This document shows positions 51,390-64,000 of a DNA stretch of 64,000 nucleotides, piece by piece. The position numbers and the translations under genes were made by a program. Under the pieces are notes generated by a model that saw only the letters and a list, made by a program, of their open reading frames with translations, was not told where the DNA came from and made no database searches. The DNA lies in assembly GCA_051362555.1 (NCBI GenBank), contig JBPQGU010000016.1:2356001-2420000 (forward strand). The letters are read 5' to 3'. The DNA is from Lingula anatina. Lineage: Eukaryota; Animalia; Brachiopoda. Every line of letters starts with the position of its first letter. The stretch's first letter is position 1.

Positions 51390-54300
51390 ATGGCGACAAG
51401 AGGTAAGTTTTCTCTCGACTCAGCGATTCACCTGCCCGTTGCTCGCTTTAAACGGACTAGATAATTTAAACACCGACACCGATGAAAAGCTCAAGTAGTA
51501 CCGAGCACGCCGACGTATCAGTCGGCGCAACCAGTTGCACCTTTCCGCTTTTATCGCAATAATTACCTTTTCGCGGGAAAAATCCACGTGGGTGGGTGCT
51601 CGACATGACATGTCTGGATTTCTTTGCAGATGAACCGAAAACGCCACTCCCCTCGACCAGATCAAGCGACCCAGTGTTCAGGAGGAGGTCGGATGGAGCA
51701 CTGACGCTCGGTGAGAGTAACGCCGCGAGGAGGGCTGCTGCTTCTGCAGCCACTGCCTCCCTCACCGCCGCTGCCAAACCACCGGAGAAGGTTGCGGAGG
51801 AGGCCAGGTCTGCAGTCATCCAGCTCGGCCTGGATGTCACCGACAAGAAACACCTTCTGGGGCATCACAGGCTGCAGTTTGGAAAATACCGGGGGCAGAC
51901 CTTCCGGTGGCTGGTCGAGAACTCCCTGGGGTATGCCGCCTACTTGGCAGAGAGTCTGAGCAGGGAGACTCCACACCCCGGCCCGCTGGGTGTGAACAAA
52001 TACAAGCTCAAGGTAAAATCTTTCCTTTTAAATCTTTTTTGATTGCCTTACTATATGTAATGTGTAAGGTATTGAAAGATTGAAAGTAATGCCCCATGGT
52101 GTAAGGTTAGTTGTCTGCACCCCCCCCCCCCCTCCCCATGTCTTTTATAAGTCTTTCATTGGTGTTATACTGGTTTGTGGTGAATAATACTTCAAGTATT
52201 CAGTTACTGTGGATACAGACAAACATCATAGTTTAAGTATCTGACATATCTGTCCTCAAGTCACTGATATCTAGTATTGTTAAAGTGGTCTTGTAACACA
52301 AACTAGTCGGACTGAAGGTCACCTCCCAGGAAAGGTACAACGCATTGTTTGTATCTTAGCACACACAGTAATATAAATCAGTTGTACTAGTTTCCATTAT
52401 TGAAAGAGATGATAGTAATTAACATTCATTTCAATTGGACAATGCCTTTATTGTCAGGGTACCTGTCTTAATCACCTTTATTGACTTCACATAGGAGTAC
52501 CTTGAGCTGTTCCCCCAGGGTCGGGAGGCTATTGCTGCCAAGACCAAGGAGAGGCAGGCAAAACCCACACCACCTGCCAAGCCTGTCCCAGTATCCTCCA
52601 GCTCACTTCAGAGCCTCATGGTCGGCAGTCATCTGTCACCAGCAGGGCTCAAAGCTGGAGTGAAGAGACAGCTTGGTCCCCCAGGGCCAACACCCAATCT
52701 TAAGAAATCAAGAAGAGGTAAATGACACATGTATTATTACACACATTTTTTTTTTTTTTTTTTCAAATTTAATAGTTGATGTGTGCTTCTGTATCAGTGT
52801 ATTTATTCCGTTATTCATTTTTTTTTTTTTCCAGCAACGGCGACCCTGCCCAAGTCTGAGGATGTGGAAGTGGTGGACGCCCCCCTTCCTGCCCCAGACA
52901 GCACCAACACCGCCGTTGCCAAGAAACCTAAACCCACCACCAGAGGTAAATGTAATTCATGGTAATTTCATTGACGTAAGGACCCTTGTTTTAAGAGTAG
53001 CTTTCTAACATCTTTTTACAGTTGTTGCCACTTTTACTTCAGTATATTCTAATTTTGTTCATTTAAAGCGACAGCCGTAGACCCTGAGGAAGTGAGCGAC
53101 TTGGAACGCCCAGAGCTACCTGTCCCTGCCTCAGCTGGTGCTGGCACCAGTACAGCTGCCGCTCCTGACACCATACCCCAACAGGAGACCAAAAGGCAGA
53201 GCTCCCTGCCAGATTCAGGTAAAGACTTTTTGTTTCTTTTCCATGAACAATTTGAGGTCACAGCTGGGATTCAATTTGGAAATTAACCAGTCAATTCAAT
53301 TTGGAAATTAACCAGTCAATTTTCAGTGAGCAAAAAGTTAACTCCTAGCTGCTGACCTTACATTAAGTGTTTTGTCTGTGACATATCACATACCGCCCCA
53401 GCCCTCCTGCCAAGGTGATGATGACAAGAAGAATTCCTTCATGAAAATCTGCACAGCTTAGATTGTGAATTTTAAGATTTTTTATAAAATTAATCGCGCA
53501 AAGTGTAATGAAAGAAAATAGTGTAAAACAGAATGTAAAACATTAAGAGTGTTCTATTGTTCTTGTACCTGTTTTCTTTTCACAGTCTTTGGAGGACAGG
53601 TGTTGGTGAGTTTGAAATCAAGCTTTCAGAGTTTTATTGTTTTATTTATTATTAATGCACACGTGGCTTATTCACTGACACTTGTAGCATGTGGTGTGTT
53701 TTCTTTTTATATGTTTTGGAAGGTGACAGCACAGCAGCAGCAGCAGCACTTTGGTTTTGTTTTCTTTTTCGCTTTTTCGCTTTCCTTTTTTTTTTTTTCT
53801 GCATTACTGTGGGTTCCTTACTGTGAGGTGGTTGGTGTTTGTATTGCCTGTAGATTAGCATAAAAGAGCTGAACATGCAATAACTTTTTTTTGTTTGTGG
53901 GTGATAAGGTTAAAGATATGAGGATGTATTTAAATGATAACTATTGACCATAAAGTAAACAAAGTCCAAGCAGTGATTAATCTGTTACTTTTAATAACCT
54001 CCAATGCAGAAGATACATGATAAGTAAGAATGAGTAATTTTTAAAAGTAATGAGAAAGTATGTCAGCTCTTGTAAAGTGTGATATATGTTCATGATTTTC
54101 TTTTATTTCAGGTTTCCCCCTCTATTATTTTGTACTTATTGCTCTTCACTTGTTCCAGTGCCCGTGGATGACACTGATCTGATCCCTCTGTCATGGAAGG
54201 CCAGCCTGCCACCACATGAAGCACAGTGGGTTTCCCGTGCCTTGTTTACCACCCGCCGGGGCCAACTGAAGCAAGAGCTGCAGCTGTGGTGGCACCCACC

Positions 54301-55171
54301 ATCACCCAGACTGGTCCACGCCCAGCCCCCTAGAACAGCAGGGCCTTTCTTCACCCACCCCTTCTTCCTCTGGATGCCACGCCGCATGTTCAGGGCTCAG
54401 CTGTCTTGCTCTGTGCCATCATGCAAGGGTCGCCAGTTAACATCCTGCGGTTTCTTCAAGACTGTCCGCCGCGTCCTTGACATCGATGGCTACTTTTACA
54501 TGGGCACTGAGTACCTGGAGTGCGGCGCCTGTCACAAGAAGTATGCGGGTTGGAGTGGGGAAATCCTCCAACAGCTGGACGTGGCGACAAGGGGGAAATT
54601 TCCAGCACTGCTCACATACAGGTAATTTCAAAACTTTTCTTTTTTTTTCTTTTTTTAATTTATGGAATTCTTGCATTTAATATCAGTTCATTTGAAAATC
54701 TATTTCAGCGGACAAAATAACTCTGTCTTTACATTTATAACTTATTCTGTTCTTGATTCTTTGTTGCAGGTACTCTTGCTCTACCCGGGTAGTTTCTCTC
54801 CTGAGAGAGCGATCTCTTGGGAACAGCACTACTCGGCTGAGTAAGCAACTGTGTGAGCAGCACACCAGGGATTGGCTAAGCAGGGTAGCCAATTTCCTCT
54901 CAGTTGTAGACAAGTTTGCCAGCTCATCCCTTGTGCAGAGAACAAGTCCTCTTCAGCCGTTACCCTTTGAAAGACTCCCGGGGCCAGCATGGCTACAAAC
55001 TGTGCTGGTCCGTGACGTGTTGTTGAGGCTTGATGAGATCAAAGCCAAGGTGACCTCCACCTTTGGATCCGTCTTGAAGATGGACTCCACCAAAAAGGTA
55101 TGTACAGTTTTTGTTCTGATTTGCTCTCTTAAACTTTGTACAGTGAACAGTTTTGAAAACAAAACAACAAA

Positions 55172-55203
<32 letters not shown>

Positions 55204-58200
55204 AAATTTCTTTAAGAAAATGTATTAAGTGTCATATTTCCCCCCTCCGTTTTTCAGGTAGCCAAAAAGCTGGCAGGAGAGGCTGCAGGCTCAGCTGCCT
55301 GGTGCACCAACGTGGGCAATGAACACGGCCAGGTACTGACCTCAGTACTCACTGCTCAGGAGGGAGCTGGCCTGACCAAGATGGCCCAGGGCCTCGTGAG
55401 GCGGTACCAGCTCAGTGAACAGCCTCCACCCAAGGTGATGTATGTTGACAGGGACTGCTGCTCCACCTCCGGTCCCTGCAATGTCAAGAAGCTGTTTGCT
55501 GGCTGGCCCCATCTGGTGGTGCGACTGGACGTGTGGCACTTCATGCGCAGGTTCGCCTCCTGTGTCACCACGGAAAGCCACCCACTATACGCCGTCTTCA
55601 TGAAGAAGTTGTCTGCCTGCATTTTTGAGTGGGACGCAGATGATCTGGCAGCACTTCGAGATGCCAAGCTGGGCCAACTACAACTACAGGGCGCTGGCGT
55701 CAGCCCAGACAACATCATGCAGCACATCTCGCGCAAGGAGTTAGAGAAACACTGCCGTCGCCGCACCCGCGGTGTAGCTGAAACCACTCGTCTCTTGCAG
55801 TCGCTGGTCGACACGCTGGACAGTGATCAGGGGTGCGACGCGCTAGGAGTACCTCTCCTTGATCACGAGAGAGTGCAAGACATGTGGGCCTCTCAACAGC
55901 GCCACATACCATGCCTCCAGGACGTCGAAGGGGTCTCTCTGTACACCCAGACTGGAACTCTGAGGAAGGGCGGGAAGGAGCTGAAGGTCTACAGGTGTGC
56001 GAGGGGCTCAGTTTCCCTGGAGAGCTTCCATTCTCATATTGTTAGATTCATTCCCGGTAAGCACAACCACACACACCGACAGACTGCTTGGTTACCTGAA
56101 AGTAGATTTAAAATCACTTTAGACTGACTTAATTTTGATGCATTGGTACTTGTTAAATTAAACTTAACATTTTTGTTGAAAATTTGTGGTTATTGAACAC
56201 TTGCAGCTAATTTTCTCCCTTTTTTCTTGTTTTTAACAGGACAAAGTGCCTCTGCCACAAATTTCCAAGCCTACATCCTGGAAGGAATTGTTCGGTGGAA
56301 CCAGGATCGTGCGCTGGCCGCAATTGACAATGGGGACACCGAACTTCGCTGCTATGATGGACAGCTCGTCCAGGCAGTGAACCATCTGGGAGAACGGGTG
56401 CTTGGCAATACCATCGTGCCAAATGCTGTGGTCCCCAGGAAATACACTGGTAATTAAAGTGATTTAGGTTTCGTGTAATTTATAGGAATATAATTAGTTT
56501 AGATGTAATTGCAGCCAAGAAATTATTTTTGGAAAAAATAAATAAATAAATAAATAAATAAATACATGAAAAAAAAAATGAGGCCTGCTACTAATAATTC
56601 TCTCATTTCTCTCTTTACTTCCAGGTGAGCTTCTAGGGTGCGAGTACCTGCTCGATCAGACGGGAAAGGCCCTAGAACCTGTAAAACTGGACCCAGATGC
56701 ACCCGAGGAGGAGGTTGTCGAGACAGTGGAGGAAGATGCTGATGATGAGGGGTTCTCTGAAGACTGTGATCCCACAATTGCAGATGCTGACGAGGACCCT
56801 GTATTCCACATCCCTCCCAGACCACACACCTCCTCCGTGACAGAGGCAACCAATACCTCTCCACCCAGAGAAGGTAAATTTTTAGATTATTACTATTGTA
56901 ATTATTATTATTATTTCTTTATTATTATTATTATTTTTCTTTATATGTTAATTCCAGATATGTAGCTATGCAAGTCAGTTGCCCTGTTCTGTTCACACAA
57001 GGTTATTTTATTTATTTTTTTTTTTTTTCAGGTGATATTTCTTTTTTCCCCTCCCCCCTCATTATATCGGCATATTTTTTTTTTACTTTCCAGAAGAGGT
57101 GCCCCTTGAAGAACCAACACCCAAGGTAGATGAGACTTCAGAGTCAGTGGACAGACATCATATCCCCGGTTATGATGCCGTAACGAAGCTGGCTTCTGTA
57201 CTCGTCTCCCTACGTACCATCGAGAGGGAGTGCCTCCTAACCGAAGATGTGGAGAAGATAATCCACCACTGGGAGGCGTTGCCAGAAATGGACAAACAAC
57301 GCCTCCGTTACACTCCACACTTCAAGAGGAGGCACACAAAGGGGCGATTTGCCTCTTCCAAGAACACCATCACTCCTGGGGTGGAGAGTGTCAAGAAGTA
57401 AGTTTTTTTTTTTTTTTTTTTCAGCTAAGATTGTATTAACACTTATTTTTCAGAAGATATTGGCATGAAATAGACCAAATAATAATAATAATAATAATAA
57501 TAATACAAGAAAAAATTAAGTTTTTCCTTTGTACTTTCAGGTGCATGCTGGGGACTGGCACCCCTGCGCGTGAGCCTTCCGAATCCAGGGTAGTGGAGGC
57601 CGTCATAATGCAACTAATGGAGGCCCATGATGCTCCGTGGAAGGGAGGCAAAAGACAACACCCGTGGGGAGTCATCATGCGGGACTATGAGAGGATCACC
57701 AGGCTCCTTTTCAACAACGCCCGTGTGATGGAAAAAACAACCCTCCAGCTCTTCTCCATAAACATGAGGACACTACATACATGGTAATTTCTCAACTGAC
57801 TCGACTGTCACAGCAACATTGTAAAATGTTAATTCCTCACTTAAATTAGATTCCTGAAAAGTCACCAATTAAACTGATACAATGATATTGCTAGTGCTTT
57901 TTTTTTTTTTTTTTTTCCAATTTCATTTCAGTTTTTATTTTTTATTTTCTTTCAGATTTAAGAATATTTAAAGATTATTTCCTGATTATTCTTTTTTTTT
58001 CTTTTCTTCCATAGGCACAACAGGACTACAGATGAGCAGTACAGGGCCTCCCTTCTACAGGGGATGTCCCTGCCCGCTCCTCCTGCAACAGCAACAACAC
58101 CGCTGCCTGCTGCCAGGCAGCTGCTACCGCGGCTGCCAGTGCCCTCTGGAACACCGCACCAGTACCACCTGCCTAAAGACACCACAGGCACTGCGGTGCT

Positions 58201-58630
58201 GAGAAGAGATGGGAAGAAGAAGAAGAAGAAGAAGATGAAGCCAGCCCGCGCAACAGAGACACAGTCCAAACAAGTGGTCGTGGTCCCACAACCTGTTGGA
58301 TTTTTTCCACCTGGCATTCTGCCGCACCAGTTGGCACCAGCACCCGCCCAGTGGACCACCTTCGCACCCACGGTGATGACCCCAATACCAGGTTTTCCAC
58401 CCTGGTCCCAACCACTTCCACAGTCAACTACACCAGCTCCGGTTGTGGCTAAGAGGACCAGAAAAACAAACAACTGTAAGAAATGTGGAAAACCACGCAA
58501 CATCCAGGCGGGTCATAGCGGCTACCGTGGCCATACATACTGCCCTGACAACGCAGAGGGCCTGACGTACTTAGCCTGGAAGGAACGAATGAAGGCCCTC
58601 TTAGAACAACAACAACAACAACAACAGTGA
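51390..58630 (+). CDS. Dada-type DDE transposase, copy 7 (apparently intact, spliced)
   Basis: Exon ORFs match copy 5; ATG at 51390, TGA ends at 58630. Confidence 0.86.
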
Positions 58631-58818
58631 GGGCAGTATAAATAAGGACTGTGTCTTCCCAAAATGACATTATTCTCGACAGCTGGAGTGTCATTTTTTA
58701 TTTAATTATACAAAGACAGCTGGACTGTCATCATATATTTATACACAGACAGCTGGACTGTCATTAATGCAACAAACAATGCAAGGGAAGTGTGCAATAG
58801 CTTGGTTAGCTGGCAATT

Positions 58819-59262
58819 CACTTATTCAAGGATAGCTGGACTATCTCTTATTTATTCAATGCAACTGCAATGCAAAAACAACTGTGCAATAATTTGTTCC
58901 AAGATAGCTGGACTATCACCTACTTATTCAATGCAACTGCGATGCAAAAACAACTGTGCAATAATTTGTTCCAAGATAGCTGGACTATCACCTACTTATT
59001 CAATGCAACTGCGATGCAATAACAACTGTGCAATAATTTGTTCCAAGATAGCTGGACTATCACCTACTTATTCAATGCAACTGCGATGCAAAAACAACTC
59101 TGCAATAATTTGTTCCAAGATAGCTGGACTATCACCTACTTATTCAATGCAACTGCGATGCAAAAACAACTGTGCAATAATTTGTTCCAAGATAGCTGGA
59201 CTATCACCTACTTATTCAATGCAACTGTGATGCAAAAACAACAAGACAGCTGGACTATCATC
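58819..59262. repeat. 72-bp minisatellite (copy 7)
   Basis: Same array. Confidence 0.93.
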
Positions 59263-60143
59263 TATTTATATATATATATATATATTAAAAAAAAAATCAC
59301 TGACTTATTTCAATCATTTATGCAACTACAACGCAGAAAAAAACTGCTATCTGCATTGAGGTTCAATAAATTTGATTCATATACAACCTGCATTCTTTGT
59401 TTCAATTTGTATATTGATTTTAAAAAAAACAGTAAACTGAAAATAAAACGGAATTTGTACATTTAATTTAATTTTGATGAACAGTACAAGTAAATTGAAA
59501 GTAGAATGCAGAGCACGTTTCTGTATTCCCCCCCCTCCCCTTCTTTCCCCACCACGATCTCAACTGTAGCAATCTGTCACAACCAAGGTTATTTACGTTT
59601 TTTTAGCATGCAAACGCATTAGCGACGCTATTCAGCCAAGATCTGGGTCTTAACTCCTACTTAACTCCTAGAGGGCGCAAGTTTGGCCCGTTTTTGGCGA
59701 TTTGCATTTGCATACACATGCACTTTCGTTATGCACTTTCGTTATAACGCCGGGCACTTTCGTTCTGTATTTGATGCTGTGTTTTGTTTGCGTTTGTCAA
59801 TTTGCTACTTTGTAGCACATTTCTCAACTGCAGGAGCAGGAGAAGGGCCTTTTTTGACGATGTTAACGGTCATTTGGCCGTCGGCTACTGTGACACGGTC
59901 ATGTGACCACAACAAACCGCAATGTTTACAGGATACTAGGCGTGGGGTCCTTTCTTTAGGGGGGAACCATTCACCCGGCCACGGCAAACATTCCAGGTGC
60001 GCACTAACGTTTTTAATCGTTTTTGGGGCTTGAAACGCATCTGGTGCCAAGTTGCGCGCCGAAATTGCCCATCCGCCCCGGATTTTTGGCGTAATTTTCG
60101 CATTTTTTGCCTTTTTCTTTTTTTCTTTTGTTGCGCTGGGCCG

Positions 60144-60200
60144 ACAGAGAAGATTGAGAGTGGGTTCCTTTGCGCAGGGGACATGCGTAGCTTCTCTGTA
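60144..60200 (-). other. Unit junction (U6 mimic / GCGCAA / inverted repeat), inverted, with a 2-bp insertion
   Basis: Reverse complement of 382-436 with gattgagagtggg instead of gattgagtggg. Confidence 0.85.
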
Positions 60201-63200
60201 GAGTGACCCCGAATCACATGACGACTCATGCATACGTCATCGCTGATTTTCCTCAAATCAGCGATTCCAACCAATCACAAACCCAAAATCAGCGATCTGG
60301 TCGAAAATCAGCGATGACGTAGGCGAAATCAGCGAATTACGGGCCGCAGAAAAGAGGTCACGTGGTACAGGAGTCGTCAAGCACAAGCTATTCAACATGG
60401 CGACAAGAGGTAAGTTTTCTCTCGACTCAGCGATTCACCTGCCCGTTGCTCGCTTTAAACGGACTAGATAATTTAAACACCGACACCGATGAAAAGCTCA
60501 AGTAGTACCGAGCACGCCGACGTATCAGGTCGCGCAACCAGTTGCAACCTTTCCGCTTTTATCGCAATAATTACCTTTCGCGGGAAAAATCCACGTGGGT
60601 GGGTGCTCGACATGACATGTCTGGATTTCTTTGCAGATGAACCGAAAACGCCACTCCCCTCGACCAGATCAAGCGACCCAGTGTTCAGGAGGAGGGTCGG
60701 ATGGAGCACTGACGCTCGGTGAGAGTAACGCCGCGAGGAGGGCTGCTGCTTCTGCAGCCACTGCCTCCACTCACCGCCGCTGCCAAACCACCGGAGAAGG
60801 TTGCGGAGGAGGCCAGGTCTGCAGTCATCCAGCTCGGCCTGGATGTCACCGACAAGAAACACCTTCTGGGGCATCACAGGCTGCAGTTTGGAAAATACCG
60901 GGGGCAGACCTTCCGGTGGCTGGTCGAGAACTCCCTGGGGTATGCCGCCTACTTGGCAGAGAGTCTGAGCAGGGGAGACTCCACACCCCGGCCCGCTGGG
61001 TGTGAACAAATTACAAGCTCAAGGTAAAATCTTTCCTTTTAAATCTTTTTTGATTGCCTTTACTATATGTAATGTGTAAGGTATTGAAAGATTGAAAGTA
61101 ATGCCCCATGGTGTAAGGTTAGTTGTCTGCACCCCCCCCCCCCCTCCCCATGTCTTTTATAAGTCTTTCATTGGTGGTTATACTGGTTTGTGGTGAATAA
61201 TACTTCAAGTATTCAGTTACTGTGGATACAGACAAACATCATAGTTTAAGTATCTGACATATCTGTCCTCAAGTCACTGATATCTAGTATTGTTAAAGTG
61301 GTCTTGTAACACAAACTAGTCGGACTGAAGGTCACCTCCCAGGAAAGGTACAACGCATTGTTTGTATCTTAGCACACACAGTAATATAAATCAGTTGTAC
61401 TAGTTTCCATTATTGAAAGAGATGATAGTAATTAACATTCATTTCAATTGGACAATGCCTTTATTGTCAGGGTACCTGTCTTAATCACCTTTATTGACTT
61501 CACATAGGAGTACCTTGAGCTGTTCCCCCAGGGTCGGGAGGCTATTGCTGCCAAGACCAAGGAGAGGCAGGCAAAACCCACACCACCTGCCAAGCCTGTC
61601 CCAGTATCCTCCAGCTCACTTCAGAGCCTCATGGTCGGCAGTCATCTGTCACCAGCAGGGCTCAAAGCTGGAGTGAAGAGACAGCTTGGTCCCCCAGGGC
61701 CAACACCCAATCTTAAGAAATCAAGAAGAGGTAAATGACACATGTATTATTACACACATTTTTTTTTTTTTTTTTCAAATTTAATAGTTGATGTGTGCTT
61801 CTGTATCAGTGTATTTATTCCGTTATTCATTTTTTTTTTTTTTCCAGCAACGGCGACCCTGCCCAAGTCTGAGGATGTGGAAGTGGTGGACGCCCCCCTT
61901 CCTGCCCCAGACAGCACCAACACCGCCGTTGCCAAGAAACCTAAACCCACCACCAGAGGTAAATGTAATTCATGGTAATTTCATTGACGATAAGGGACCC
62001 TTGTTTTAAGAGTAGCTTTCTAACATCTTTTTACAGTTGTTGCCACTTTTACTTCAGTATATTCTAATTTTGTTCATTTAAAGCGACAGCCGTAGACCCT
62101 GAGGAAGTGAGCGACTTGGAACGCCCAGAGAGCTACCTGTCCCTGCCTCAGCTGGTGCTGGCACCAGTACAGCTGCCGCTCCTGACACCATACCCCCAAC
62201 AGGAGACCAAAAGGCAGAGCTCCCTGCCAGATTCAGGTAAAGACTTTTTGTTTCTTTTCATGAACAATTTGAGGGTCACAGCTGGGATTCAATTTGGAAA
62301 TTAACCAGTCAATTCAATTTGGAAATTAACCAGTCAATTTTCAGTGAGCAAAAAAGTTAACTCCTAGCTGCTGACCTTACATTAAGTGTTTTGTCTGTGA
62401 CATATCACATACCGCCCCAGCCCTCCTGCCAAGGTGATGATGACAAGAAGAATTCCTTCATGAAAATCTGCACAGCTTAGATTGTGAATTTTAAGATTTT
62501 TTATAAAATTAATCGCGCAAAGTGTAATGAAAGAAATTAGTGTAAAACAGAATGTAAAACATTAGAGTGTTCTATTGTTCTTGTACCTGTTTTCTTTTCA
62601 CAGTCTTTGGAGGACAGGTGTTGGGTGAGTTTGAAATCAAGCTTTCAGAGTTTTATTGTTTTATTTATTATTAATGCACACGTGGCTTATTCACTGACAC
62701 TTGTAGCATGTGGTGTGTTTTCTTTTTATATGTTTTGGAAGGTGACAGCACAGCAGCAGCAGCAGCACTTTGGTTTTGTTTTCTTTTTCGCTTTTTCGCT
62801 TTCCTTTTTTTTTTTTTCTGCATTACTGTGGTTCCTTACTGTGAGGTGGTTGGTGTTTGTATTGCCTGTAGATTAGCATAAAAGAGCTGAACATGCAATA
62901 ACTTTTTTTGTTGTTGTGGGTGATAAGGTTAAAGATATGAGGATGTATTTAAATGATAACTATTGACCATAAAGTAAACAAAGTCCAAGCAGTGATTAAT
63001 CTGTTACTTTTAATAACCTCCAATGCAGAAGATACATGATAAGTAAGAATGAGTAATTTTTAAAAGTAATGAGAAAGTATGTCAGCTCTTGTAAAGTGTG
63101 ATATATGTTCATGATTTTCTTTTATTTCAGGTTTCTCCCCTCTATTATTTTGTACTTATTGCTCTTCACTTGTTCCAGTGCCCGTGGATGACACTGATCT

Positions 63201-64000
63201 GATCCCTCTGTCATGGAAGGCCAGCCTGCCACCACATGAAGCACAGTGGGTTTCCCGTGCCTTGTTTACCACCCGCCGGGGCCAACTGAAGCAAGAGCTG
63301 CAGCTGTGGTGGCACCCACCATCACCCAGACTGGTCCACGCCCAGCCCCCTAGAACAGCAGGGCCTTTCTTCACCCACCCCTTCTTCCTCTGGATGCCAC
63401 GCCGCATGTTCAGGGCTTCAGCTGTCTTGCTCTGTGCCATCATGCAAGGGTCGCCAGTTAACATCCCTGCGGTTTCTTCAAGACTGTCCGCCGCGTCCTT
63501 GACATCGATGGCTACTTTTACATGGGCACTGAGTACCTGGAGTGCGGCGCCTGTCACAAGAAGTATGCGGGTTGGAGTGGGGAAATCCTCCAACAGCTGG
63601 ACGTGGCGACAAGGGGGAAATTTCCAGCACTGCTCACATACAGGTAATTCAAAACTTTTCTTTTTTTTTCTTTTTTTAATTTATGGAATTCTTGCATTTA
63701 ATATCAGTTCATTTGAAAATCTATTTCAGCGGACAAAATAACTCTGTCTTTACATTTATAACTTATTCTGTTCTTGATTCTTTGTTGCAGGTACTCTTGC
63801 TCTACCCGGGTAGTTTCTCTCCTGAGAGAGCGATCTCTTGGGAACAGCACTACTCGGCTGAGTAAGCAACTGTGTGAGCAGCACACCAGGGATTGGCTAA
63901 GCAGGGTAGCCAATTTCCTCTCAGTTGTAGACAAGTTTGCCAGCTCATCCCTTGTGCAGAGAACAAGTCCTCTTCAGCCGTTACCCTTTGAAAGACTCCC
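60176..64000 (+). mobile_element. Dada-U6-like transposon copy 8, partial (runs off the window in exon 7)
   Basis: Same sequence with many 1-2-bp indels. Confidence 0.88.
60397..64000 (+). CDS. Dada-type transposase, copy 8, partial (exons 1-7) with many apparent frameshifts
   Basis: ATG at 60397; broken ORFs at 60489-61027, 62107-62304 and 63178-63741. Confidence 0.65.

Larger units (their letters stand above)
51170..60169 (+). mobile_element. Dada-U6-like DNA transposon, full-length copy 7
   Basis: Flanked by TTGCGC at 51164-51169 and 60170-60175; small indels accumulate after ~59600. Confidence 0.9.
26547..64000 (+). repeat. Right arm of tandem array, same unit in the opposite orientation (transposase on plus strand)
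   Basis: Reverse-complement copies of the same unit; junction hexamers TTGCGC lie at 33157, 42159, 51164 and 60170 (periods 9002, 9005 and 9006 bp). Confidence 0.98.

Overview
The whole 64-kb window is an array of one ~9.0-kb eukaryotic DNA transposon, with no flanking host sequence. It holds five complete copies, two internally truncated copies and two edge fragments. By manual splicing, each unit encodes a 13-exon, ~1,363-aa DDE transposase (KMDSTKK / YVDRDCC / RLDVWH / SLESFH motifs, C-terminal CCHC finger). Units are joined through a single GCGCAA hexamer. The sequence ending in that hexamer is 27/31 identical to U6 snRNA nt 40-70, and the hexamer lies exactly midway between 9-bp inverted repeats (ACAGAGAAG/CTTCTCTGT). 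These are the hallmarks of the U6-targeting Dada superfamily (Dada-U6 type); I recognised this from memory, not by database search. The array switches orientation at 26546/26547, making a giant inverted duplication with arms of at least 25 kb and a 1,514-bp spacer. The copy-to-copy differences I saw are almost all 1-2-bp indels, so either very recent amplification or long-read/assembly effects must be considered. The host is probably an animal such as a teleost (inference only).
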